DNA from: an uncultured Pelagibacteraceae bacterium
GTDB lineage: Bacteria; Pseudomonadota; Alphaproteobacteria; Pelagibacterales; Pelagibacteraceae
Direction of reading: 5' to 3'
Assembly (NCBI GenBank): GCA_902566975.1
Contig: CACFLA010000005.1
Span: 8,375-72,374 of the forward strand
Length of the DNA stretch: 64,000 nucleotides
Shown in pieces: positions 29,573 through 40,700 of this stretch. The translations under genes were made by a program, and so were the position numbers. The notes beneath the pieces were generated by a model that had not been told where the DNA came from, ran no database searches, and was given only the letters and a program-made list of their open reading frames with translations. How positions within the stretch are numbered: the stretch's first letter is position 1; each line of letters begins with the position of its first letter.

Positions 29573-32303
29573 TTTGTAACGGACAAATTTTGTTTCTTGA
29601 ACATTTATTTTTACTTCCACTTGATACTATTTTCCAGCATCTTGAACACTTTGTTCCGTCAGCTTTCTTTACTGATATTGATAATTTATCTTTTAAATCA
29701 TCCTGTATAGTTTTTGTAACATTAGATGTAATAAAAAGTTCCTCTGCATCCACACTATTCAGAATTTCATGGTCTTTTTTAGATAATGAAATTTTTACAT
29801 CAGCTTCCAAACTAGAGCCAATTATTTTTTTTGACCTTTTCTCCTCTATGGCGGTATTAACTTCCTGTCTAAAAGAAAGTAATTTTTCCCATTTTTTGTT
29901 TAGAGTTTCATTTTCCCAATTTTTTGGTAAGTCAGAAAAAGTTTCCTCATGGATACTTATTTTTTTATTTTTATTTGATAAGTCAGTTATTTCCTCAGTT
30001 GTAAATGATAAAACTGGTGCGTACCATTTTAAAAGACACTCAAGAATTATGTTTAGTGAAGTTATACATGACTTTCTTTTTTGTGAATTTACATCATCAC
30101 AATACAATGTATCTTTTCTTATATCAAAATAAAATGAAGATAGATCAAGCGTACAAAAATTTAGTAATTCCTTTTGAAACCTATGGAAGTTATAATCTTT
30201 TAAACTCTTTTTAATTCCTAAACTTAAAAAGTAAAGTTTATGCAAAATTACTTGCTCTAACTCTGGTAATTCTTTCACCTTAATTGACTTGAAATTTTGT
30301 GGGCTGAAATTGTCCTTTAAATTTCCCAAAATATATCTAAAAGTATTTCTTATTTTTCTATAAGACTCAGCATGTTGTTCTAATATCGTATGATCTATCC
30401 TTAAATCCTCCGCATAGTCTGAAGAAGCAACCCAAAGTCTAAGTATATCTGCACCATATTTTTTTAAAATATCTTCAGGTGAAATAATATTACCGGCAGA
30501 TTTAGACATTTTCATCCCTTTTCCATCCACTACAAAGCCATGTGAAAGTATACTTTCAAAGGGAGCTTTACCCCTAGTTCCGCAAGACTCTAAAAGAGAT
30601 GAGTGAAACCAACCTCTGTGTTGATCAGAACCCTCTAAATACATTGATGCTGGCCATTTTAAATCTTTTCTTTTTTCCAACACAAATGAATGTGTAGATC
30701 CACTATCAAACCAAACTTCAACGATATCGCTAGATTTTATATAATCTTCTTTTTTATATTTATTTCCAAGGAATCTTTGAGGATCATCATAAAACCAACA
30801 ATCAGATCCTTCCTTTTCATAAATCTTTGCTATATTTTCAATAACTCCCTTATCTCTCAAAGGTTCGTTAGTTTTTTTATTTACAAAAATAGGTAACGGA
30901 ACACCCCAAGATCTTTGTCTAGAAATACACCAGTCAGGACGTGTTTCAATCATTGCCCTAATTCTTGCTTTTCCTTTTTCTGGATAAAAAGATGTTTGAT
31001 CAATTGACATTAATGCTTTGTTTCTTAATTTATGACTTTCCATTGAAATAAACCATTGTGGTGTAGCTCTGTGAACCAAAGGTGCCTTAGATCTCCAAGA
31101 ATGAGGATAACTGTGAACTAAGCTACCGCTTCCTAGAAGATTTTTTTGCTCATCTAAATTTTTGATAATAATATCGTCTGCCTTAAATACATGTGTACCT
31201 TCAAAAATAGGAATGTTTTTAGTATATCTTCCATCGTTATTGACTGTTTCAATAGCCTTCATTCCATGCTTTAAACATAAGTTAAAATCATCTGGACCAT
31301 GACTTGGTGCGCAATGGACAATTCCAGTTCCTTGTTCAAGAGTTACAAAATCAGCATCTAACATTGGAATATCTAAGTTATAACCAAGATTTTTAAATGG
31401 ATGAGAACAAATTGTTTTATTAAATAATTTACCTTCAAAAGATTTGACAATTTTATATTTACCTAAACTACAATTTTCAACAACAGAATTAATTAATTTT
31501 TCTGCTACTACTATTTTTTTATTATCAACCTGCAAAACTGAATATGTTAAATTTTGATTATACGCTAATGCCTTGTTTGCAGGAATCGTCCATGGAGTAG
31601 TTGTCCAAATAATAATAAAAGCATCTTTTAAAAAATCTTGATCAGTTTTTTCAATTCTAAACTGTGCATATATAGTATTTGATTTATGGTCTTTATATTC
31701 AACCTCAGCATCAGCTAATGCTGTTTTTTCCACAGTTGACCACAGCACTGGTTTAAAACCTCTGTAAAGACTTCCCTCAAGTAAAAATTTTCCTAATTCT
31801 CTTACAATCTGAGCTTCGGCTTCAAAACTCATTGTTGAATAATAATTTTCCCAGTCACCTATTACACCAAGTCTTTTAAACTCAGTTCTATGTATATCAA
31901 TCCATTTTTGTGCAAATTCTCGACATTCTTTTCTAAAATCCTTAGTTGGAATTTCATCTTTATTTTTTTTCTTTTTTTTATATTGCTCCTCGATCTTCCA
32001 TTCTATTGGTAAGCCATGACAGTCCCATCCGGGTACGTAAATAGAATCTTTATTATTCATTTGATGGAACTTAGTTACTATATCTTTTAAAATTTTATTT
32101 AGAGCTGTTCCCATATGTATATGACCATTTGCATAGGGTGGTCCATCATGAAGAATAAACTTTTCTTTTCCTGAAGACCTCTTTCGAAGTTTTTCATAAA
32201 GTTTTGTTTTGTCCCAATTTTCTAAAATTTTTGGTTCTTTTGAAGGTAAGTTAGCCTTCATTGAAAAAGCTGTTTTGGGAAGATTAAGGTTATTTTCTGC
32301 CAT
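29559..32303 (-). CDS. ileS: Isoleucyl-tRNA synthetase
   Basis: PPYANGHIHMGT (HIGH), KMSKS, C-terminal Cys cluster. ribF-ileS-lspA synteny. Confidence 0.97.
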   Translation of the reverse strand: MAENNLNLPKTAFSMKANLPSKEPKILENWDKTKLYEKLRKRSSGKEKFILHDGPPYANGHIHMGTALNKILKDIVTKFHQMNNKDSIYVPGWDCHGLPIEWKIEEQYKKKKKNKDEIPTKDFRKECREFAQKWIDIHRTEFKRLGVIGDWENYYSTMSFEAEAQIVRELGKFLLEGSLYRGFKPVLWSTVEKTALADAEVEYKDHKSNTIYAQFRIEKTDQDFLKDAFIIIWTTTPWTIPANKALAYNQNLTYSVLQVDNKKIVVAEKLINSVVENCSLGKYKIVKSFEGKLFNKTICSHPFKNLGYNLDIPMLDADFVTLEQGTGIVHCAPSHGPDDFNLCLKHGMKAIETVNNDGRYTKNIPIFEGTHVFKADDIIIKNLDEQKNLLGSGSLVHSYPHSWRSKAPLVHRATPQWFISMESHKLRNKALMSIDQTSFYPEKGKARIRAMIETRPDWCISRQRSWGVPLPIFVNKKTNEPLRDKGVIENIAKIYEKEGSDCWFYDDPQRFLGNKYKKEDYIKSSDIVEVWFDSGSTHSFVLEKRKDLKWPASMYLEGSDQHRGWFHSSLLESCGTRGKAPFESILSHGFVVDGKGMKMSKSAGNIISPEDILKKYGADILRLWVASSDYAEDLRIDHTILEQHAESYRKIRNTFRYILGNLKDNFSPQNFKSIKVKELPELEQVILHKLYFLSLGIKKSLKDYNFHRFQKELLNFCTLDLSSFYFDIRKDTLYCDDVNSQKRKSCITSLNIILECLLKWYAPVLSFTTEEITDLSNKNKKISIHEETFSDLPKNWENETLNKKWEKLLSFRQEVNTAIEEKRSKKIIGSSLEADVKISLSKKDHEILNSVDAEELFITSNVTKTIQDDLKDKLSISVKKADGTKCSRCWKIVSSGSKNKCSRNKICPLQNVAK

Positions 32304-32307
32304 TTGT

Positions 32308-33213
32308 TTAAGCGCCTTTTATATCTTTATTAATTTGTTTTTTTAATTCTGTAATGTTTTTAAATTTTTTTTCTTTTCTAATAAATTTAAGTAACATTAT
32401 TTTTATAGTTTTATCATATAAATTTTTTTTGAAACCAAAAATATGTGCTTCTAACAAAAGTTTATTTTTTCCAAAAGTCGGCTTATAACCTACATTTACA
32501 ATACCTTTTTTTTTTGAATTTTCATTTAAAATTATTTTGGATGCGTACACACCAGCTTTTGGAATGACATAATCACCCAGCTCTAGATTACACGTTGGGA
32601 ATCCAATTTTTCTCCCTCGTTTTTCTCCACGTTTAACAATTCCTTCGATGGTCCAGGGCCTTCCTAACATTTTATTTACAAAGTGTATTTTCCCATTTTT
32701 AATATTTTTTCTTATTAATGTTGAGGAGATTAGAAACTTATTTTTTGTTAAAGGATCAACAGTTTTTGTTTTGTAATTAAATAATCTTTCTTTTTTTTTT
32801 AATAAATTTATATTCCCAATTCGATTTTTACCAAATTTAAAGTTTTGGCTAATAAAAATTAGTTTTGCTTTTAATTTTTTGTGAAGAATTTGACTTATAA
32901 AATTCTCTGCACTTGTTTTTGAGAAATTTTTATCAAACTTTTTTATAATTATAAAATCAATTCCTAATTTTTTTGAATTTTCAATTTTTTGCTTTAAGGT
33001 ATCTATCCTAAAATTATTAATTTTTTTATTAAAAAACATTACTGGTAAAGGGTGAAAAACCAATAAACCAAACTTAAGCCTATGTTTTTTAGCTAAATTT
33101 TTTCCTTTCTTGATCACCTTTTGATGTCCTAAATGAAATCCATCAAAGTTTCCAATTGCTATAGCTGCGTTTTTAAATTTATTTGAAATATTAAAATTTT
33201 TATAAATTTTCAT
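32308..33213 (-). CDS. ribF: Bifunctional riboflavin kinase / FMN adenylyltransferase
   Basis: GNFDGFHLGHQ N-domain and PT.N...G.Y kinase domain (GFPTCNL, GVYA). Confidence 0.9.
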   Translation of the reverse strand: MKIYKNFNISNKFKNAAIAIGNFDGFHLGHQKVIKKGKNLAKKHRLKFGLLVFHPLPVMFFNKKINNFRIDTLKQKIENSKKLGIDFIIIKKFDKNFSKTSAENFISQILHKKLKAKLIFISQNFKFGKNRIGNINLLKKKERLFNYKTKTVDPLTKNKFLISSTLIRKNIKNGKIHFVNKMLGRPWTIEGIVKRGEKRGRKIGFPTCNLELGDYVIPKAGVYASKIILNENSKKKGIVNVGYKPTFGKNKLLLEAHIFGFKKNLYDKTIKIMLLKFIRKEKKFKNITELKKQINKDIKGA

Positions 33214-34026
33214 CTACCAGGTTAATTCCTTTTGAAAATAGTTGGCTGTTACATTATGTTCGGCTAATAATTTATCCATTAATTTTTCATCTATCGTTTT
33301 AGATTTATATACTCCACTAGTAATAAATATCGAATCTAAATTCATATTATTAGCTCCTTTAATATCAGTTTTTAGATTATCTCCGATCACTAAAGTTTTC
33401 TGATCTGATTTTAAACACGAGAGATAAACTTCTTTATGAGGTTTACCAAAATATACTACTTTGCCACCAAGACTTTCAAAAATTTCAGCTATTTTTCCTG
33501 CGCAATATTCTTCTTCACCGCCTCTATGAACAATTAAATCTGGATTAGTACAAACTAACTTTTTTTTAGTAAAGTTTTTTAATAAATCATTATAGAATTG
33601 TAAATTTTCACTTTCCCTGTCAAAAAGTCCAGTACAAAGTATAAAGTCACATTTATCTAATGTAGTTTTGTTTATTTTTATATCGGAAAATAATGAGTCA
33701 TCTCTTTGAGGACCAAGATGATAAAATTTTAAACCAAATTTATTCTTTTTAAGAGAATTTATTGCTGCCTCACCTGAGGTAAAAATATTCTTTAGAAATC
33801 TATCTTCCATTTTCATCTTCTTTAAAAATTCAACGACTTTTTTAGTAGGCCGAGGCGCATTCGATAAAAAAACAATTCTTTTTCCATTAGACTGTAACTC
33901 GCTTACTGCTTTGACTGCAGAATTGTTTAAACTAACTCCATTATGCATTACTCCCCATAAATCGATTATAAATGCATCATATTCATTAAAAATCGAGGAA
34001 AGATGATCTAATTTTTTAATTTTCAT
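33214..34026 (-). CDS. HAD-superfamily class IIA hydrolase (TIGR01459-like)
   Basis: DAFIIDLWGVMHNG nucleotidase-type motif I, SNAPR, GDNLKTDI. Confidence 0.7.
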   Translation of the reverse strand: MKIKKLDHLSSIFNEYDAFIIDLWGVMHNGVSLNNSAVKAVSELQSNGKRIVFLSNAPRPTKKVVEFLKKMKMEDRFLKNIFTSGEAAINSLKKNKFGLKFYHLGPQRDDSLFSDIKINKTTLDKCDFILCTGLFDRESENLQFYNDLLKNFTKKKLVCTNPDLIVHRGGEEEYCAGKIAEIFESLGGKVVYFGKPHKEVYLSCLKSDQKTLVIGDNLKTDIKGANNMNLDSIFITSGVYKSKTIDEKLMDKLLAEHNVTANYFQKELTW

Positions 34027-34069
34027 AGGAAATTCAAGCCTTTTTTAGGTAAATTTTTTTTATCATACT

Positions 34070-34098
34070 CTTGCAAAATTCTAAATACATACCATATT
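34070..34098 (+). promoter_or_regulatory. Candidate RpoH (sigma-32)-type heat-shock promoter for groESL
   Basis: CTTGCAA (34070-34076), 14-nt spacer, ACCATATT (34091-34098), about 30 nt upstream of groES. Resembles CTTGAAA-N13-15-CCCCATnT. No CIRCE inverted repeat in this spacer. Confidence 0.35.
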
Positions 34099-34127
34099 CC
34101 ACATTATTATAAATTATAGGAGTTTTC

Positions 34128-34421
34128 ATGAAATTTAGACCGCTACACGACAGAGTACTAATAAAAGTGCTTGATAGTGAAGAAAAAACTAAAGGTGGAA
34201 TTATTATACCTGACACTGCAAAAGAAAAACCACAAGAGGGCGAGGTTGTAGCAGTGGGAAATGGTGCAAAAACTGATGATGGAAAAATCATTAAAATGGA
34301 CGTTAAAATTGGCGACCGCGTTTTGTTTGGCAAGTGGTCTGGAACAGAAGTAAAAATTGATGGTAAAGAATATAGCATAATGAAAGAGTCAGACATTATG
34401 GGAATTACAAAAAGTAAATAA
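34128..34421 (+). CDS. groES: Co-chaperonin GroES
   Basis: [13 protein letters not shown]...[13 protein letters not shown]...GEVVAVG. Confidence 0.97.
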   Translation: MKFRPLHDRVLIKVLDSEEKTKGGIIIPDTAKEKPQEGEVVAVGNGAKTDDGKIIKMDVKIGDRVLFGKWSGTEVKIDGKEYSIMKESDIMGITKSK

Positions 34422-34440
34422 ATATAAAAAGGAGATTTAA

Positions 34441-36094
<1,654 letters not shown>

Positions 36095-36144
36095 ACGTTT
36101 CCATTTAGAGAACACTCTAAAACTTACACTAAACAGAATTAGAA

Positions 36145-36176
36145 CCCCTGGAACAAAAGTTTCGGGGGTTTTTTTT
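36145..36176 (+). terminator. Rho-independent terminator downstream of groEL
   Basis: CCCCTGGAAC-AAAA-GTTTCGGGGG (10-bp stem including two G-U pairs) followed by T8. A second small hairpin TTTAGAG-AACA-CTCTAAA lies at 36104-36121. Confidence 0.7.
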
Positions 36177-36183
36177 GAATGTC

Positions 36184-36819
36184 CTAAGATATTTTTTTCC
36201 TAGAATTGTAAATATAATAGAAGAATAATAACAAAAAGAACATCGATAAAACGTTTGAAACCAATCCTAATACCAATATAGTAAATTTTCTTTCAACAAT
36301 TTCTTTAAGATCCATTTTTAAAATTTTAATATCATCATTGATTTTCTCGATCTCATCCATCAAATCGTTAAGAATTAACCCTGTATATCTAAAGTTGTGT
36401 AGTAATTCATCTTCTTTTGTTTGGATTTTTTCTGGATTTTCCAAAAGTTTATCAATTTCATCAAAATATTTAAGGTACTTTTCTTTCTCTTCTACATCAA
36501 TATATGGGTTGGAAAGTATTATTTTAAATTGATCTAATATAATATTTTTATTTCTTGATAAATCTTTTTTAAGAATTTCCTCTGTAGCATTCTTATTACT
36601 CATTTTGAGTCTTAAACTAGAATCTGTTTCTAATTTTACGTAGGTTTCATAATAAGCTTCAACAGCGTTTAAAGTTTCTGTTCTCTTAAAATCGTTTCTT
36701 TCAATTTGATTTTCCATTTTCCTTATAACTTGTTCTTTTTGAATAACATATTGATCTAATGCTTGAGAAATTATTTGAAATAGCCCTGCAATAATAATTA
36801 GATATTGGAATTTGTTCAT
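36184..36819 (-). CDS. Orphan 211-aa protein: N-terminal hydrophobic segment, K/E/D-rich helical domain, C-terminal TM plus basic tail
   Basis: ORF with a 4-nt ATGA overlap to the upstream ORF. No family recognised. Confidence 0.6.
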   Translation of the reverse strand: MNKFQYLIIIAGLFQIISQALDQYVIQKEQVIRKMENQIERNDFKRTETLNAVEAYYETYVKLETDSSLRLKMSNKNATEEILKKDLSRNKNIILDQFKIILSNPYIDVEEKEKYLKYFDEIDKLLENPEKIQTKEDELLHNFRYTGLILNDLMDEIEKINDDIKILKMDLKEIVERKFTILVLGLVSNVLSMFFLLLFFYYIYNSRKKIS

Positions 36820-37535
36820 AATCTTTTTTTATTTCCTCTATTAGTCATGACATCCGCTAGTACAATTAATGTTGTTGACAAAATTAGAATCAAAAAAGTA
36901 ATTAAATATATATTGGATGATTTTTTTGAAAGTGATGTTATCTTATTATATAAGATGTCTTCTCTTTGGAATAAGTCATTTAAAACTTTATCCAAATTAA
37001 AAATTAATTTGTAAGCACCAATAATTGTATTATTTGTTTGATTTTCAACAAATTTTCTATGAACTTCTTTTAAACAAGGTTTTGATTTTCTGTAGGTTTT
37101 GTTCCACCTTGAAAACGTCTTGTAATCATTTTCAATTTCTGAAAAAAGAACTGGTTCATAAAAACTTTGATTAGAAAAATTTTTTTGATAGTCCTTAAAA
37201 AAGTCATCATAAAAAGATGTGGTTCTCAATACATCCCATTGTTTTATACAATAATTTATTTCTCTGATTTCCTTATCCTCTATTAAATAAAAATCCTTTG
37301 CATTAAGCATTTGGGCTGTGCTATTTGCATAAAACCTGGAAAAAATTTTTTTATATTTATTCAAATATTTTTTTTCTAAATCTATTTCATCTATCTTTTC
37401 ATATATATTTGAAATTTTTTTCTCAAAATTAAGACCATAAATTGATAAAAATGCAGAAGATATAATAAAAACTAAAAATATCTTAATAAAAAGAATTAAT
37501 CTCACAGGAAAAATTTTTTTATTTTTCAATTTCAT
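36816..37535 (-). CDS. Orphan 239-aa protein with the same architecture (N-terminal TM, about 170-aa Y/F/K/N-rich domain with 2 Cys, C-terminal TM plus basic tail)
   Basis: ORF translationally coupled to the downstream orphan. No family recognised. Confidence 0.6.
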   Translation of the reverse strand: MKLKNKKIFPVRLILFIKIFLVFIISSAFLSIYGLNFEKKISNIYEKIDEIDLEKKYLNKYKKIFSRFYANSTAQMLNAKDFYLIEDKEIREINYCIKQWDVLRTTSFYDDFFKDYQKNFSNQSFYEPVLFSEIENDYKTFSRWNKTYRKSKPCLKEVHRKFVENQTNNTIIGAYKLIFNLDKVLNDLFQREDILYNKITSLSKKSSNIYLITFLILILSTTLIVLADVMTNRGNKKRL

Positions 37536-37640
37536 AAAACATTTATAGTGAGATATTTCAAAATCTTCAATGTAGTTTGCTTAAATTGTTTATTAAGTTT
37601 GAGTAAGAGGGACTAGATAAATAAGACCTAATTACAATGA

Positions 37641-37655
37641 GAATGGGAATGTAAT
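37641..37655 (+). repeat. Direct repeat copy 2, GAATGGGAATGTAAT, in noncoding DNA 5 nt from the hisG stop
   Basis: Exact 15-mer match to the groEL 3' end (36080-36094). Confidence 0.85.
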
Positions 37656-37660
37656 CCCTA

Positions 37661-38338
37661 TCACTTTAAGGAATTTAAAAAAGGCTGCAATTTAGCAGCC
37701 TTTTTTTTTGAGTAAAATAAACAAGCCTGAGATTTTAAAATTAAGCCGTCTTTTAAAATTCTGAGATTATTATCTTTCAACGTTTTTCCTGTAGAAGTTA
37801 TATCTGTAATTATTTCTGATGAACCGATAAAGGGATAAGTTTCTGTTGCTCCAAGGCTGGTAACCAATTTGTATTGTGTAACACCTTTCGAAACTAAAAA
37901 ATTATTAGTCAAATTTGGGTACTTTGTTGCAACTCTCAATCTAGTATTTTTTTTATCTCTAAAATCGAAGGATACTTCCTCTAAATCAGCAACAGTTTGA
38001 ACATCGATCCAATCATTGGGAATAGCAACCACAACATTAGCTGAACCAAAATCTAATTTTTTCTTAACTTCAATTTTTTGTTTAAGGTTCGCAGCCGATT
38101 CATTCAAAAGATCTAAACCTGAAATTCCTATATCAAGGGTATCATCACTGATTCTTTGAATAATCTCTTTAGCGTGTAAATATATAATTTTTATGTTTGG
38201 ATAATTTTCAAATTTTGCAAAATAATTTCTATCTCCACCATTTGAAGTAAGTTTAAAATTATTTTTTTCGAAAAATTGGATTGCTCCCTCTCTTAATCTC
38301 CCCTTGCTTGGTAATCCTATAGTTATTAAACTTTTCAT
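37661..38338 (-). CDS. hisG: ATP phosphoribosyltransferase, short form (HisZ-dependent)
   Basis: IGLPSKGRL N-terminus. 225 aa without the C-terminal regulatory domain. Overlaps hisZ by ATGA. Confidence 0.9.
   Translation of the reverse strand: MKSLITIGLPSKGRLREGAIQFFEKNNFKLTSNGGDRNYFAKFENYPNIKIIYLHAKEIIQRISDDTLDIGISGLDLLNESAANLKQKIEVKKKLDFGSANVVVAIPNDWIDVQTVADLEEVSFDFRDKKNTRLRVATKYPNLTNNFLVSKGVTQYKLVTSLGATETYPFIGSSEIITDITSTGKTLKDNNLRILKDGLILKSQACLFYSKKKAAKLQPFLNSLK
37677..37709. terminator. A6-hairpin-T9 bidirectional terminator-like element inside the last codons of hisG
   Basis: AAAAAA-GGCTGC-AATTTA-GCAGCC-TTTTTTTTT. On the plus strand it is followed by T9, on the minus strand by T6. Confidence 0.5.
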
Positions 38339-39384
38339 GTTTTTAAATTATTTAAATTAATTGCAGCACCTACTGCTGAAATATTTTTACCAGCTCCAAG
38401 ACTCTTCAATAAACCATCATACCTACCACCTCTAGCTATTTCTTTTTTTGATGAATTATATATTTCGAATACTACTCCAGAATAGTATTCGATATCTCTA
38501 CCAAAATTAGTGGAAAAGATAATTTTAGAATTTAATCTAGATAAATTTTTCAAACTTGATAGATCATTAAAAACACTCTTACTTAATTTATTATTATTAA
38601 TAAAATTATTTAATGTTTTTTCTAATTTATCTAATGGACAATTAATTTTTAAAAAATCTTTTATAATTTTTACTGTTTTTTTATTTTCTTTAAATGATCT
38701 TGGGTCTTTAATTTTTCTATCAAACCTAGATATGATTTCTGAAACTTTTCTGCTTGCAACTTCTTTGTTCTGATCAATATTCTTCATTTCAAAAAACTTT
38801 TTCTTATCTAATTCAACTGTAGCAGGATCGACGTCAGAATTTGTTTCAAGCCTTTTAAGTAAATCTTCAAAATATTTTGGCCTCCAGAAGTGTCTTTTTA
38901 ATCTCATTCTCCATCTTTCCGGTATTTTTAAAGAATCGATTAATTGCTTGAATAAACTTACATCTCCAACTTTAATTGATATGTTTTTAATTTTTATTTT
39001 ATTGATTGAATTAGTTATTGTTTTTAAAACTTTTAAATCATCCAAAGATTTATTTTTAGAACCGAAAATCTCTAAACCTAATTGATAATTAACAACTTTC
39101 TTTAAACTTTTCGATCTTCTATAAGCTTGACCGGAATAATATATCTTTGAATTTGCTTTGGAGTTATCTTTTAAATACTTAATACACGATGCAACTGTCA
39201 AATCAGGTCTTAAACACATGCTTTTTCCAGTATCATCTTCGAAAGTTAGCATTATCTTCCTAAAGTTCTCGCCAGATCTTTCGATAATATAATCTGAATC
39301 TAAAAGCACATCTGGTTCTGATAAAACAAAACCATCTTTCTTAAATACTTTTATTATATTTTCAGAGTAATTTTTTGATTTCAT
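38335..39384 (-). CDS. hisZ: ATP phosphoribosyltransferase regulatory subunit (HisRS paralogue)
   Basis: Class-II aaRS-like core (CLRPDLT, YYSGQAYR, GGRYDGLL) with no anticodon-binding domain. Lies between hisS and hisG. Confidence 0.8.
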   Translation of the reverse strand: MKSKNYSENIIKVFKKDGFVLSEPDVLLDSDYIIERSGENFRKIMLTFEDDTGKSMCLRPDLTVASCIKYLKDNSKANSKIYYSGQAYRRSKSLKKVVNYQLGLEIFGSKNKSLDDLKVLKTITNSINKIKIKNISIKVGDVSLFKQLIDSLKIPERWRMRLKRHFWRPKYFEDLLKRLETNSDVDPATVELDKKKFFEMKNIDQNKEVASRKVSEIISRFDRKIKDPRSFKENKKTVKIIKDFLKINCPLDKLEKTLNNFINNNKLSKSVFNDLSSLKNLSRLNSKIIFSTNFGRDIEYYSGVVFEIYNSSKKEIARGGRYDGLLKSLGAGKNISAVGAAINLNNLKT

Positions 39385-40696
39385 TTACTAGTTCCTCAAT
39401 TTTAACTGAACTCTCATTTCCGCTTTCTAGATTTTTTAAAGTCGCTTTACCTGATTTTATTTCATTGTCACCGTACAAAATAACTGCTGGGGATCCTAAC
39501 TTGTTGGCATACTCCATTTGCTTTTTTAACTTGCCCTCGCCTGGATAAATTTCTGAACTAATATTTGAGGCTCTGAGTTTATTTAGTATATCTACATATT
39601 CTTTGATTTTATCCTTATCAAAAATACAAATAATAACAGGTCGTGTGGACTTTATTTTAAAATCTTTTTTCTGCATCAAGGCAAATACAAGTCTATCTAA
39701 ACCAATTGAAATCCCAGTTGCAGGACAATCTAAATTCCCAAAGTTACTAACAAGATTATCATACCTTCCTCCGCCACCGATTGATCCAAATTGTATAGTC
39801 TGTCCTTTTAAATTTTTTACTTGAAAATTTAAATTAACCTCAAAAATTGGTCCTGTATAATATTCTAGTCCCCTTATAACCGATGGATCAAATTTGTAAT
39901 TTTTAAAATTGTAAGCCTCAAATATTTTTATGATCTGTAAGATATCTTCACTATCAGGGATTTTATCTTTTAAGGTAGTTTCGATTGTTTCTATTTGATC
40001 ATTACTAAGGTTTGCTCCCTTTGTATAATCTCCTGATTTATCTTTTCGACCCTCTCCAAGAAGTTTTTTTGCCTCATTCCAACCAAGTCTGTCAATTTTA
40101 TCAAGGGCTCGCAGCGTAGTTGAGATTTGATCTTTAGATGTAATTTTCAAATTTTGGAATAATTTATCTGTTAATTTTCTAGATGAAATTTTTACAGTAT
40201 AATCTTTTTTATCTAAACCACACTTTTCTAATATCTCAGAAATTAAAACACAAAGTTCTGCGTCTGCCTGGAGATTTTTTGTTCCCACATAGTCAGCATC
40301 AAATTGTAAAAATTCTCTAAATCTTCCTGGTCCAGGTTTCTCATTTCTCCAAACAGCGCCTAATTGGTAACGTTTGAATGGTTTTGGTATTTCTAGATAA
40401 TTTTTTGCAACATACCTTGCTAGAGGAGCAGTGAGATCATAACGAAGGGACATCCACTTATTTTCATCTTTAAAAGAAAATACCCCGGAGTCTGGTCTTT
40501 CCTTATCTGGTAAAAATTTGCCAATACTATCCGAATACTCGAAACTTGGTGTTTCGAGATATTGAAAACCGTACTTGATCATAACTTCTTTAATATTAGA
40601 AATTACAAAATCACGGATTAATAATTCTTTTTCTTGTCTATCTACAAAACCTAAAGGTAATTCCCTAGAAGGTGTTGTTTTTTTATCTTTTACCAT
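39362..40696 (-). CDS. hisS: Histidyl-tRNA synthetase (start trimmed to MVKDKKTT)
   Basis: LRYDLTAPLARY, FREFLQFDADY, GGGRYDNL and a C-terminal anticodon-binding domain. The listed N-terminal 22 aa are a read-through of the tRNA gene. Confidence 0.92.
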   Translation of the reverse strand: MVKDKKTTPSRELPLGFVDRQEKELLIRDFVISNIKEVMIKYGFQYLETPSFEYSDSIGKFLPDKERPDSGVFSFKDENKWMSLRYDLTAPLARYVAKNYLEIPKPFKRYQLGAVWRNEKPGPGRFREFLQFDADYVGTKNLQADAELCVLISEILEKCGLDKKDYTVKISSRKLTDKLFQNLKITSKDQISTTLRALDKIDRLGWNEAKKLLGEGRKDKSGDYTKGANLSNDQIETIETTLKDKIPDSEDILQIIKIFEAYNFKNYKFDPSVIRGLEYYTGPIFEVNLNFQVKNLKGQTIQFGSIGGGGRYDNLVSNFGNLDCPATGISIGLDRLVFALMQKKDFKIKSTRPVIICIFDKDKIKEYVDILNKLRASNISSEIYPGEGKLKKQMEYANKLGSPAVILYGDNEIKSGKATLKNLESGNESSVKIEELVNEIKKLL

Positions 40697-40700
40697 TTTT

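Noticed and set aside
29590-30132. Long ORFs antisense to real genes: 29590-30132 in ileS, 45695-46216 in dnaX, 27086-27487 in rsmD, 58088-58486 in ppk, 17266-17601 in rsmE, 34034-34396 in groES, 16717-17037, 61645-62150 and others.
   Set aside because: Each lies fully inside a well-supported gene on the other strand. The translations are low-complexity (F/L/S/I-rich mirror images of K/E-rich sense codons). In AT-rich genomes the antisense frame of AAA/GAA-rich genes is often stop-free by chance.
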